Source: a virus
Strand: one strand, 5' to 3'
IMG/VR virus record: IMGVR_UViG_3300023180_005138
Location: 32,001-96,000 of that record
Length of the DNA stretch: 64,000 nt
In this document: positions 37,134 through 47,300 of the stretch, piece by piece
How positions within the stretch are numbered: position 1 is the stretch's first letter
How the letters are laid out: the number at the start of each line of letters is the position of its first letter
Translations under genes and position numbers: made by a program
Notes under the pieces: generated by a model
Seen by the model: the letters and a program-made list of their open reading frames with translations, nothing else
Told to the model about the DNA's origin: nothing
The model's database searches: none

Positions 37134-37162
37134 ATTATATCTTGCTAAAGTAAATTTAGCAA
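37134..37162 (-). promoter_or_regulatory. Minus-strand sigma70 promoter containing an inverted repeat
   Basis: TTGCTA-N17-TATAAT; TTGCTAAA-N5-TTTAGCAA palindrome at 37142-37162. Confidence 0.75.
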
Positions 37163-37178
37163 TAGTTATTTTCAAAAA

Positions 37179-37400
37179 TTATTTTATTTCTAGTTGGACT
37201 ACTTTTTGTTTTTTCTCTTCCAAAGAAAGTACTTTTTCGTTTTCTATCATATCAATAATAATATTAGTAATATTTATTTCTTTTTGTAAGTCATGTACTC
37301 TTATTTGGAGCTTTTGCAAAGCTTCTAAATAATAATCAAGTTCTTGTTGTTTTTTAAGTCTTGACTCTACTAACTCTACTAGAGAAATAACTTCTCCCAT
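37179..37400 (-). CDS. Hypothetical coiled-coil protein
   Basis: Likely start is MGEVISL at 37400, one base after the upstream TAA. Confidence 0.65.
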   Translation of the reverse strand: MGEVISLVELVESRLKKQQELDYYLEALQKLQIRVHDLQKEINITNIIIDMIENEKVLSLEEKKQKVVQLEIK

Positions 37401-37401
37401 A

Positions 37402-37569
37402 TTACTCTGATTTCCAAGCTGTCCATGCACCATAGGCAATTGCTGCCCAACAAATAAGATTCATTGGAATTATTGCTGAGAAGAAGAGCCCAATAACGCC
37501 AACAGCGATAAGAGCACCGCCGTCCCAAGATGTACGTTCTTTAATTCTATCTTTAATCCAATTAATCAT
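37402..37569 (-). CDS. Small two-TM membrane protein (55 aa), absent from the ORF track
   Basis: MINWIKDRIKERTSWDGGALIAVGVIGLFFSAIIPMNLICWAAIAYGAWTAWKSE; ATGA coupling; resembles small proteins recalled from marine phages. Confidence 0.75.
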   Translation of the reverse strand: MINWIKDRIKERTSWDGGALIAVGVIGLFFSAIIPMNLICWAAIAYGAWTAWKSE

Positions 37570-37706
37570 TTCTTTTTTCCTCCTTTTGGTTTTTTATAAC
37601 CAGAAGCATATGCAGCAGCAGCTTGTTTTGCTGCTTGACCTTTTGTGGGGTAAACCTTACCAGAACTACCCCAACGATAACCGCCTTTTACTTTTCTAAT
37701 AGGCAT
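37566..37706 (-). CDS. Small basic protein (46 aa), absent from the ORF track
   Basis: MPIRKVKGGYRWGSSGKVYPTKGQAAKQAAAAYASGYKKPKGGKKK; SD AGGAG. Confidence 0.75.
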   Translation of the reverse strand: MPIRKVKGGYRWGSSGKVYPTKGQAAKQAAAAYASGYKKPKGGKKK

Positions 37707-37716
37707 TTTAGTCTCC

Positions 37717-38583
37717 TTACATATGTGTATGTGCTTTAGATTCTAGGATTTTTAAATCCTTTGCGGGTACTCCTTTAGCAATTCCATTAGAAAATACTAC
37801 ATCATAAAATTCAACAGTTCCATCTTTTTCTAATGAATGAGTTGTTGGAATGCACATTCCAAAGCCCATCTTTTCATGTTGCACAGATAACGCGCATACA
37901 TGCTCAATACCTTGTGCGGTTGGTGGCAGAGGCATATCTTCTTCGTGAACTGCTTGAGGCTTTGGCTCATAACGCTCACCAAATTTATAATATGTATAAA
38001 CTGCTTCAATCATATGATCCATTTCGGCCATTTTAGCTTGTACCCAAGACTCAAGTTCATCATCAGGTTCAATCATACTAAGCATCTCACCAGCATACAT
38101 AATTAATTTTCTAAGAGAAGCACGAGCCATACGTCCTTCGCCATATTCTTTTTCTTTGTCCATTGTTGTAATTTCTCCGTACATTTTCTTTTCCTCTTCT
38201 ACGGCTTTATCAGGTAAAGCGGGATTAATTTTCTTGTAGGGGTGTCTAATCTGTTCAATATGCATTGGAAGATAATCAAACATGTCAACAATTTCCATAT
38301 CAAGTTCAGCAGAAACCATACCAATAGCGTAAGTTGTCATATGAGATAGCATTACAGCCTCTTCAACTTGATCCATATCTACTTCAGTACTACCAATTTC
38401 ATAAAGAGCTTTTTCAATACCAAACATAGCATCTTGATATTTCATTGCTGAAAGCACATCTTCTCTAGACTGCTTACTCATATCAGGAATCATTGCTTTT
38501 AATTTTGTAAAGGCTTGAACGGCTCCCATACAAATATCAAAGTTTTTAGTGGTGTATCCCATAAGTTCTACTTGATTTTCCAT
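37717..38583 (-). CDS. Multi-module hypothetical protein, possibly virion-associated
   Basis: Met-rich; modules EGRMARASL...ESWVQAK and HVCALSVQH...FYDVVF...H.H; SD AGGAG. Confidence 0.65.
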   Translation of the reverse strand: MENQVELMGYTTKNFDICMGAVQAFTKLKAMIPDMSKQSREDVLSAMKYQDAMFGIEKALYEIGSTEVDMDQVEEAVMLSHMTTYAIGMVSAELDMEIVDMFDYLPMHIEQIRHPYKKINPALPDKAVEEEKKMYGEITTMDKEKEYGEGRMARASLRKLIMYAGEMLSMIEPDDELESWVQAKMAEMDHMIEAVYTYYKFGERYEPKPQAVHEEDMPLPPTAQGIEHVCALSVQHEKMGFGMCIPTTHSLEKDGTVEFYDVVFSNGIAKGVPAKDLKILESKAHTHM

Positions 38584-38653
38584 TAGACATCTCCTAAAAT
38601 TTTCTTTTATTATAACTTTTATACTATTTTACTTCCAGTTAAAAATTCTTAAA

Positions 38654-39634
38654 TTAAGTTCCAAGCCCAGCTTCAAATACCGTCTTTTCTCCAGTAGTTA
38701 AATTCTCTTCAATCTTTTCTCTACTACTCAATAATTTTCCACACTGAGACTTACAAAGTTTAAAACTTCTATCATATCCTTGTAAATATGCTTTTAGCTT
38801 ATTCCAGTATTCATATGATATAATAGTTTCTAAAGGAATCTTCGTAGCATTAAACTTTTCTTCCATATCATCTAGATAATAAAATCTATCATTACTTTTA
38901 TCAAAGTAGTGTGATCCTGTCCAACAACATCTAAATACTAGACCATTTGGAGCAACATACCACTTCCCCCATTCTTCCCACGAACATATAATTTGTTTTG
39001 GGATAGAAGATAAGTCTGTTTTCTTTTTAGCATGAACATAATCTCCAGATTTTGGTGCTGCAAAATCACGACCAGTTTTAACAGTAGAAAAAGAGTGAAA
39101 ACCTTCTGAGATAGCTAGTTCTTTAGCTTTTTCTACTTGATGCTTATTATGTTCAAAAACTATATATTTCCAGTGTACTTGTGGTCTATTAGTTGCTATA
39201 ACAGAACGAGCATTGTTAAATACATTTTCAAACTTTGTATTAATTCTATAAATAGAATGAGTATCTTCTAGTCCGTCTAAATCAAAATTTATAATATCTT
39301 CTGTGGTTAAAATATTTCCTACGTCAGTCCAATAGTCTGACCCATGTATACCACCGTTAGTATGAATATTTAAACGTGTTCCATATTTCTTAACATATGT
39401 AATAATTTCACGAAACTCTTTGTTCATTATAGAGTCTCCGAAATTACCATTTAAAACAATCCAGTCAAGTTGTTCTAAAAACTCTGGATAAAAGACTTGC
39501 TTAAATCTATCTAACGTATAGGTATACTGCTCATCGTTTAAGTCTATTCTTAGAGGTTTTAAACGATGACATGCAGGACACTTTGCATTACATCTAAAAG
39601 TTAGTTCAGTAGTTATTTGTTTATATTTTCGCAT
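38654..39634 (-). CDS. Radical SAM protein with C-terminal SPASM/twitch-like domain
   Basis: ELTFRCNAKCPAC, LNGNFGD and HTNGG; C-terminal ICSW...FRCCW...CKSQC. Confidence 0.88.
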   Translation of the reverse strand: MRKYKQITTELTFRCNAKCPACHRLKPLRIDLNDEQYTYTLDRFKQVFYPEFLEQLDWIVLNGNFGDSIMNKEFREIITYVKKYGTRLNIHTNGGIHGSDYWTDVGNILTTEDIINFDLDGLEDTHSIYRINTKFENVFNNARSVIATNRPQVHWKYIVFEHNKHQVEKAKELAISEGFHSFSTVKTGRDFAAPKSGDYVHAKKKTDLSSIPKQIICSWEEWGKWYVAPNGLVFRCCWTGSHYFDKSNDRFYYLDDMEEKFNATKIPLETIISYEYWNKLKAYLQGYDRSFKLCKSQCGKLLSSREKIEENLTTGEKTVFEAGLGT

Positions 39635-39644
39635 ATATCCCTCA

Positions 39645-42584
39645 TTATGGTGTATCCCATGCGGAAATAACAGAAACTAAGCCAGAGGGAAGGCTCGCTA
39701 CAGTATATTGAATTGAGTTATTTCCTCCATTAAATATCCAATCAGCAGTTGGAGCTTGAACTACTCCATTTAAGGCTACAGATATTTTATCAATATCTGC
39801 TGGAGAATTAGTTAGTGCAATTACATTTGAAGTACCTGTAGAAGTATTAGTTACATAAGTAGGAACAATTGAAGCACCAAGAAGACCGTCTACATATGCT
39901 TTAGTAGCTGCATCTTGTAGGGCAGTAGGATTTCCTACACCAGTAATTTTATTGGTTCCCATAGCAAGAGCGCCTGTCATAGAGTCTCCTGCTTTATCTA
40001 CTTTAGCATCAGCGTTTGAAGATACTGCATTAAGGTTTGCATTTAATTGGGTATAAGTAATATAGTCATTTGCACGAAGTTCTACACCATTAGATTCTAC
40101 TGTATCTGCTGCAACAGAGGTAGCAGTAAATACTCCTACATTGGAAGTTCCTCTAGCATCAAAATTAAATCCTGAACTTGTGGTTCCTACCAAAAGATTA
40201 CCTAGGTTAGTAATTCTAAGTCTTTCTGCAAGTGTCCCAGAATTACTAGTTCCGATAGCTAAGTAAGTACTTCCTCCATTACTATCCACATTAATAGTAC
40301 CTGCACCAGAAGTGCCATTGTAATCTAAATCTAATGAGTTTGTGGAACTACCATTTGAATCGTGAACTACAAGACCTCCACTAGAAATTGTTAGGGTTCC
40401 TGCAATATCACCATTACCGTCTACATCAAGGGAATCAGATTGCAGCTCACCAGTAATATCTACCCCGTCTGTTTTAGTTGTAAGTTTAGCACTCCCACCA
40501 AAATATAATAAAGCCGCAGTTGTAGAACCATCTGCTAAGAAGTAGTTTGCTAACCCTCCAGAACCGTCATCAGATGCTATAGCAACATCTTTATCGGTAG
40601 CAGTATTTCTAATATGTAAATCTCCAGTAAAGTTATAAACTGTAGAGTCTGTTCCGTCGTGATATATTTTAAGGTCAGTAGAAGCACCTAGTTGAATCTC
40701 ATCACTATCTCCCATGATAAGATGAGAACCAAGAGTTAAAGTCCCAGAAATATCACCATTACCATCTACATCAAGAGAGTCTGACTGAAGTTCACCAGTA
40801 ATGTCTACACCATCTGCTTTAGTTGTAAGTTTGACTGCATTATCATAATAAAGGGTTACTGCACCATCAGGTGTAAAAATAGCCATATTTTCTGAAGTAC
40901 CTTTGGTAAGTCTGATGCTGTCGCCATTTGTTTGAAGTAATAATCTTCCAGTACCTTCGTCAGAAATGCGACTAGCCGAACCATCATGGTAAATCAATAA
41001 GTCTTGGCCATCACCAACTCTAATATATTGGCCATCAGCAACATCAACATTACTCACAAAAGATGCATCTTGGTTATCTGCAATAGTTAGTGCAGCAATT
41101 CCACCTGTTGAGAAACCAAGTCCGTCTGCTCCTGTTCTATACATACCAGTATCTGCATCACCACTAAAATTAAATGCAGGAGCGGCGGCAGTGCCGTTTG
41201 CGTAGGTTAGTCTAATACCTCCAGTTTGAGGACTTGCAAAAGAAGCAGTAGATATATTAAACCTATTAGTTCCTGATGTTGTAAAACTAATAGTTTCTGC
41301 CCCAGCTCTCCAAATACCTGTATTAGGATCAGAGTCAAAAGTAATAGAAGGAGCGCTGGCTGTTCCATCATCAAAATAACCAGTGTTTAATCTAAGGTTA
41401 GCGGCTGTAGACCCAGAAATAGCTGTATTAGTAGCAGGGTCAAAGTTGTGTAGTAGGGCAACTTCCCCTTGAGATTCATCATACCCAATAAATACATTAC
41501 CATCATTTCCACGATTTAGTAGAAGACCAACATCAAGAGAAGGCGAACCTGTAAAGTTATTAGCTAAAAATAAGAGTCTATCATCAGTATAAGAGTCTTG
41601 AACTGCAAGATTTGCAAAAGAACCTGCAACAGTAAGGTTACCTTGAACTGTTAAGTCGTCATTCATAGTGACGGCTCCAGTAAAGGCTGTTGATCCATCT
41701 GTTATAGCAGCAATAGCTGAATTAGACCCCGTTAATCCTGTTACAAGATTAGTAATATCTGTATCATTAGAAGAAATATTAGTATTTGCACCTTGAAGGC
41801 CTGTTACAAGGTTAGTGATATTTGTATTAGCACCTGAGTGGGCGCCTAAGAAAATAAGAGTATTAGCTTGAAGTTTAGCATTTGTACCTGTTAAACCAGT
41901 TTGTAAGTTAGTGATAGCAGTATTAGATCCTGTTAATCCTCCACGAGCAACAAGATAGGTAGCATAGTCATTTGCACGAAGTTCGACTCCCGCAGAAGAT
42001 ACAGATGTAGCTGTAAAAGTACCTGTATTAGCGGTCCCACGTACATCTAGCCTAAAAGGAGTAGTTGTAAAACCGCTAGAGCCAATAATAACATTACCTC
42101 CTACAGTTGGACTAAAATCAATAATAACGTTAGCAGGACTACCAAAAGCAACCTGCCCTACTCCTAAAGAAGTAGCTACATTACTAAAACCAAAGGATCT
42201 TCGATCTTTATCTATCGTAAATATATTAGTACCAATAAGCAAATCAGTAGTTTCATTTATTATAGCAGTGACATTAGATTGCACTAAATTTATATTTGCA
42301 TTAGCTCTCCTAGCATATGCATGTAAATTAGATAGAATAGAACCAGCGTTAGAAGATACGGTATTAACATTAACTTGAGTAGCTACAACATTAGACTGTA
42401 CTAAATCTATATTTGCATTAAGAGCTACCGCTATAGGACTAGCGGTAGCGGTATTAGCAGCAAATTTATCTGCTGTGATAGAAGCAGTACTATAATGTCT
42501 AGTTTCCAGTGCGTGACTAGAGATAGCACCTGTTGTAATAACATTTGAGGAAATTACTTGAGAAGTAATCTGGGTTATAGCCAT
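39645..42584 (-). CDS. Mosaic tail fibre protein
   Basis: 979 aa, T/G/S/N-rich, with coiled-coil repeats, beta-repeats (PSITFDSDPNTGIWR) and internal duplications. Confidence 0.85.
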   Translation of the reverse strand: MAITQITSQVISSNVITTGAISSHALETRHYSTASITADKFAANTATASPIAVALNANIDLVQSNVVATQVNVNTVSSNAGSILSNLHAYARRANANINLVQSNVTAIINETTDLLIGTNIFTIDKDRRSFGFSNVATSLGVGQVAFGSPANVIIDFSPTVGGNVIIGSSGFTTTPFRLDVRGTANTGTFTATSVSSAGVELRANDYATYLVARGGLTGSNTAITNLQTGLTGTNAKLQANTLIFLGAHSGANTNITNLVTGLQGANTNISSNDTDITNLVTGLTGSNSAIAAITDGSTAFTGAVTMNDDLTVQGNLTVAGSFANLAVQDSYTDDRLLFLANNFTGSPSLDVGLLLNRGNDGNVFIGYDESQGEVALLHNFDPATNTAISGSTAANLRLNTGYFDDGTASAPSITFDSDPNTGIWRAGAETISFTTSGTNRFNISTASFASPQTGGIRLTYANGTAAAPAFNFSGDADTGMYRTGADGLGFSTGGIAALTIADNQDASFVSNVDVADGQYIRVGDGQDLLIYHDGSASRISDEGTGRLLLQTNGDSIRLTKGTSENMAIFTPDGAVTLYYDNAVKLTTKADGVDITGELQSDSLDVDGNGDISGTLTLGSHLIMGDSDEIQLGASTDLKIYHDGTDSTVYNFTGDLHIRNTATDKDVAIASDDGSGGLANYFLADGSTTAALLYFGGSAKLTTKTDGVDITGELQSDSLDVDGNGDIAGTLTISSGGLVVHDSNGSSTNSLDLDYNGTSGAGTINVDSNGGSTYLAIGTSNSGTLAERLRITNLGNLLVGTTSSGFNFDARGTSNVGVFTATSVAADTVESNGVELRANDYITYTQLNANLNAVSSNADAKVDKAGDSMTGALAMGTNKITGVGNPTALQDAATKAYVDGLLGASIVPTYVTNTSTGTSNVIALTNSPADIDKISVALNGVVQAPTADWIFNGGNNSIQYTVASLPSGLVSVISAWDTP
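40062..41984. repeat. 21-bp exact direct repeat pair inside the tail fibre (40062-40082 and 41964-41984)
   Basis: ATAGTCATTTGCACGAAGTTC occurs twice, 1902 bp apart (in frame); both copies encode ELRANDY. Confidence 0.85.
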
Positions 42585-42600
42585 TTAAATTATCTCCGTA

Positions 42601-43047
42601 TTATGTATCTGTTTTATCAGACTCTAGTTCGTCGAAAAATTCTTTTAAGAAATCTTTTTGTTCTGCAGGATTATCTTCTTCATCAAAAAATTCTTTAATA
42701 AAATCATCAATCTGGTCATCCACAGAAGGAGGAGCAAGTAAATCTTCAAACTCTAAGTCTTTACATGCTCTAATAACTAAGTTTTTACAGTATTCAATTT
42801 CATCTTCTTCCATAGACCCCAAAGAGCCATCTAAAGATTTTTTCTCTGTATAGTCATTTTCAATGTATAAAGAATATACATCCCCTTCAAGTAGTTTTGC
42901 TAAAGTAGGTTCTTTTTCCATAAAAGCATCAAAAGGGAAAGACCTTTCGACCGGCATTGCTCTAGGACCTTCAGTTTCGACGTCTCTAAAATAACAATAC
43001 ACTGTTTTTGTTTGAATGTCAATAGCATTAAATTTAATTGTAAGCAT
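42601..43047 (-). CDS. Hypothetical acidic protein between the fibre genes (possible chaperone)
   Basis: 148 aa with a strongly acidic C-terminus. Confidence 0.6.
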   Translation of the reverse strand: MLTIKFNAIDIQTKTVYCYFRDVETEGPRAMPVERSFPFDAFMEKEPTLAKLLEGDVYSLYIENDYTEKKSLDGSLGSMEEDEIEYCKNLVIRACKDLEFEDLLAPPSVDDQIDDFIKEFFDEEDNPAEQKDFLKEFFDELESDKTDT

Positions 43048-43057
43048 TTGGTGCCTC

Positions 43058-44350
43058 CTAAGTTTTTATAATATATTTCATACTGATTCCTGGATGGGTT
43101 ACAGTATGTGTATGAGCTGAATGGGCAGATACTGAACTAACTACGTTGATAGTAGTCGATACGTCTTTATTAGTACTAGCGCTAACAGCAGCCGTGCCTA
43201 CAGTATGAGAAGTTGGACCTCCTGAAGCAGTACTATTTTGAAAACTACTACCTATCGCTGTTGAAGTAGCTCCTAAACTAACAGAAGTAGACGTACCATA
43301 TATAGCTCTTCCTCTAATATCTGGTAAATTAAATGTAGTAGATCCGTTTCCTGATCCAAAAGCAGTTCCACAGACAGCATAGAGCGCTGCATATGTTGTT
43401 CTACTTATTGCACTGCCTGAACATTCTAGCCAACCACTAGGAGCTGCACCACCTGCCCAGGCTACAACTACACCAGCTGGTATAAGAGGAGCAGCAGTTT
43501 CTGAAGTACTTCCCATAATAGTAGACTGAACAACTAAGTTAGCTCTGATAGGAGCAAGAGCACCTGCAGTAGTATATACCCCAAGACCTCTATTTGTATC
43601 TCCTGTATTGCCTGGAATCATCTTTATTGCAGCATTTTTTGTTCCGTTATTAAATCCTAAAGCTATATCATTAGAACCAGAAGAAGATTTTAGCTCAATA
43701 GCGGCACTTGTAGCTGTTGTCTGATTATTGGCAAAACTAGAAACTACTATTCTTGGAGTAATCGTAACTGCAGAAGTATGTTCCATTACAGTTGTAGGAA
43801 TTGCTTTCATAGAAGCGTTTAATTTAGGACCTGTTACTGCTCCATTTGTTAATTCAGTAGTACCAACTCTACCAGGAAAAGGCAATCCAACGTCAACAAA
43901 GTCACTATTAAAAGTTCCTGTTGTTGCTACTCTTAAATACATTCTATTATTGGAAGAGCCTCCGCTATCTTTAACTACAACAAAAGCTTCTCCAACATCA
44001 AAAGTAGCAATATTAGCTGCAGCAGCGGCTAAGGAACCTTGTTGCCTCCAAGCAACTCCATATCTAGTAAAATTACCTCCCACAGGTCGATTAGTTCTGC
44101 CAGAAGCAACAGTAATAGCGCTATCAGAAACATAAAACATTCCAGTATCCGAGTCTCTATACCACATACCATCATAAGCGGTTGCGCCCATAGCAGACCC
44201 TTCTGCTACCAAGTTATCTGTATCTGGTGTAGCTCCACTATAAAAATTTTGTAATAGTGCTCTTAAACTACTATTAAATTGCGATCTTGAAACCGCAATA
44301 GATGCCCCTTGAGAGGGCAATACGTAGGTATTTGCATCTGTTAATGCCAT
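43058..44350 (-). CDS. Tail fibre protein with phage tail-collar domain
   Basis: IPAGVVVAWAG..APSGWLECSG.AISRTTYAALYAV.GT.FGSGNGSTTFNLPDIRGR. Confidence 0.88.
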   Translation of the reverse strand: MALTDANTYVLPSQGASIAVSRSQFNSSLRALLQNFYSGATPDTDNLVAEGSAMGATAYDGMWYRDSDTGMFYVSDSAITVASGRTNRPVGGNFTRYGVAWRQQGSLAAAAANIATFDVGEAFVVVKDSGGSSNNRMYLRVATTGTFNSDFVDVGLPFPGRVGTTELTNGAVTGPKLNASMKAIPTTVMEHTSAVTITPRIVVSSFANNQTTATSAAIELKSSSGSNDIALGFNNGTKNAAIKMIPGNTGDTNRGLGVYTTAGALAPIRANLVVQSTIMGSTSETAAPLIPAGVVVAWAGGAAPSGWLECSGSAISRTTYAALYAVCGTAFGSGNGSTTFNLPDIRGRAIYGTSTSVSLGATSTAIGSSFQNSTASGGPTSHTVGTAAVSASTNKDVSTTINVVSSVSAHSAHTHTVTHPGISMKYIIKT

Positions 44351-44354
44351 ATTA

Positions 44355-47300
44355 TTAAACTCCTGTTACCGCGAAATCTACTTGTGGTAATATACCACTT
44401 GGTCCGCCAATATTATGTGCAGAGACTCCATTAGAGAAATATACGGAAATATTCGCTCCTCCTAACCCTCTATCTAAAATAATTACTTGTGGTTGTGCTA
44501 ACTGATTAGAACTTGCACTCACAATAGACCCAGTTACTTTTGGAATTTGTGTAAATGCCATCTGTGAATAATCAACATATTTTGATAAGGTATCTACTGT
44601 TACTATTTCTGTATATAATCTTTCGTCTAAAGTTATTTTATAGTTAAACTTATCCAAAATTAATTCAGCTTGAGTCGGGTCACTATTATTAACTTTATAT
44701 CTAAACTGGAAATATCTAAAGGTTCTAGCACCTGTTACAAAGTTTTCAAAACCGTCTGAACCAGCTACAGAAGTAAACGCTGATGAATCTACGTTACCAT
44801 TAGCAAAATAAGGACTTGTTGTAGCGTATCTAACTTCAGTATTAGTTGTTACAATACCCGAAGTTCCATAAAAAGTCGCTCCCTCACTTAAATCTAACCA
44901 CTGTTTTAAGTTTACCAATTTATAGGAGCTTCCGGCAACTTCTAAATTCGCAAATCCATTACTTCCTGTAGACATTCCGTTAGCATACCAAGAGTCTCCC
45001 AAAATAATTTCATTATCATTAGAAACTCCAGCAATTAAAGAAAATACGTTAGCGTTAGAATCATCTCCGTCATAGTTTCCAATAGCTACAATACCATATA
45101 CATTGGCAGGGAAAGATCCTTGTAATCCGCTAACTAAAGTTTTATTTTCTGAATGATAAGTTACCGTAGCTGCTCCTGTGTTAGAGCTTCCTAAAATTTC
45201 TCCAATACCTAATGTTCCAGAAAAATCTACATCCTTTAATTTTCCAGAGCCAGAGGCAGCTTCTGTGACTTGATCTCCTCCTATCTGCTCGCTATAATCT
45301 AACCAAGTAGATTTAAGAGCTTGAGAGCCTACTAATTCTAATTGTATAGAAGCAGTCAAAGTATTACCTAAATCTCTAATTTGTGTTACATATTCAGCAT
45401 TTTCTAGTGCTCTTAAGTCTGTAGGAGATCCTCCAATTACACTCCAACCAGAGGAGGAACCATTAGCGTTATCTACTACACTGGAATCAAACAAACTATC
45501 CGCTTTTGCGTAAGATAATCCTCCTGTATTAGAAGAATAGAATGATGCATAGGCGGACTCTGTGTTATTAGAGTTGTGAACCCCTACTACTAAAGGTACT
45601 CCAGGGGTATCTTCAGAAAAGATTTGGTATGTTTTACTAAAAGAAACAGGTTGAGAAGTAAAGGAAGCTGCAACTATATCAGTACTGAATATACCAGAAG
45701 TATCTTTAGTTCTTACTAGATACGAATATTGACCATATTGATCAATATCAATTACTACTCGGTTAGTACGAGCGTCAACGATAGCAACCTCTTGTGCTCT
45801 AGGCCATAAGTCTAAAAGAGTTGCTTGATCTGTTGCAATAGAGCCTTCAACCTTTTTAATTTGAACTTCTAATAGGTCAAGGTCATAGTTATCACCTGTT
45901 ATAGGATCAATAACGTATCTCCAAATCATAACTAAAGTGTCACTTGCCTGTCCTACAGCAAAGTTTACCACATTTTTAGGAGGAGCTAATTTACCGGTGA
46001 TTGAAGCCTGTTTAATTGCTACTGAGCCTCTAATATTTTTATTTAAAGGTATAACGCGTACAACAATAGCATTGGGGTTTGAACTTAAACCTCTTTCAAT
46101 ATTATCTATTTTTATTCTTATCTTTCCATCTTCATCTACCCCTGCTGCAGACACTTTTACAGTATTAAAAGAGGTTAAGTCTCCTGCAATATCTCCAGAT
46201 ATTTTATAAGAAATTTCATAATCGGTTACTTCTTGACCTGTGATATGGTCAAAAGAAACCATAATTCTAGTAGAGACTCCTAGTGTTGAGTCTTTATATA
46301 ACTCTTCCGCAATAGCTAAATTAGAAACAGCCTTAATCGGAATAGGTCTTACACTAACACTTTTAGTTGTAAAAGGGCTACGTCTTCCATACTTAGTTAC
46401 GTTTCTAGCCCTTACAGAATGAATACCTACTTCAGCTCTATTAATTACTCTTTTACTACCAGACTCTAAGTTTAAAGGTATAAAAGTATTAACGGGGGTA
46501 TTAGTAGTATATACCCCATTATTAGCTAAATTTAAAAGACCTCTATAACGAAGATGGTTATAGTCAAAGGTAAACGTTTTTGATCCTAAATCTAAATTAC
46601 CAACAGTTCCAATAGGATCTTCAGTAATATTTATAGCAAACGCTGTTGCCACATTAGATTTAATATTATCACTCAAAGTAACTCTATATATACCGTTAGC
46701 AGTAAGAGCAGCGTCATAAGACGGAGCCGCAATATCAAAGGTAGAGTCAGAAATACCATATACGTTACCCGCATTCCAGGTAATATTATCACCTCTTTCT
46801 AATATAGGAACAGTATAAACATTAGCTGTTACTCTAATATCTAAATTAGATATTGAGGTAGGTAAAGTGCTTAGATTAATAGATACTTGAGAATTAGATA
46901 AATTATCTAATCCTTTTTCTAGTGTAAAATCAGAGTGTGTTCCTCCATTAATAAATACTTCTACAAAGCCTGTATGTCTTAGAGAAACTCCTAAAGGTTG
47001 TTTAAAAACATGATTATCAATTAAATTAGAGATAGTAGCTGTATTACTTCTAACTAAATCTAAATGTGTACCAGTTACATACAGAGAATTATTAGCAAAA
47101 TATCTGTGATCTATAACTTGAGGAACCTTAATATAAAAAGGAGGATCAGGCAATAATCCATGAATAGTAGTAGAACCAGAATGATCATTCAATATTTTAA
47201 TAGTATTAGTAGAGGCATTATAAGAAGTAACATTAGCACTGTATTGAGTCACCCTAGTATCAGACCCAATAAATCCTAATAATCCCGCTGCGTCTCCTGT

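Noticed and set aside
37111-37332. + strand 73-aa hydrophobic ORF
   Set aside because: It is antisense to 37179-37400 and overlaps the minus-strand promoter; no SD.
39645-42584. Diversity-generating retroelement TR/VR pair
   Set aside because: Differences between repeat copies are ordinary synonymous changes rather than adenine-specific, and no RT is in the window.
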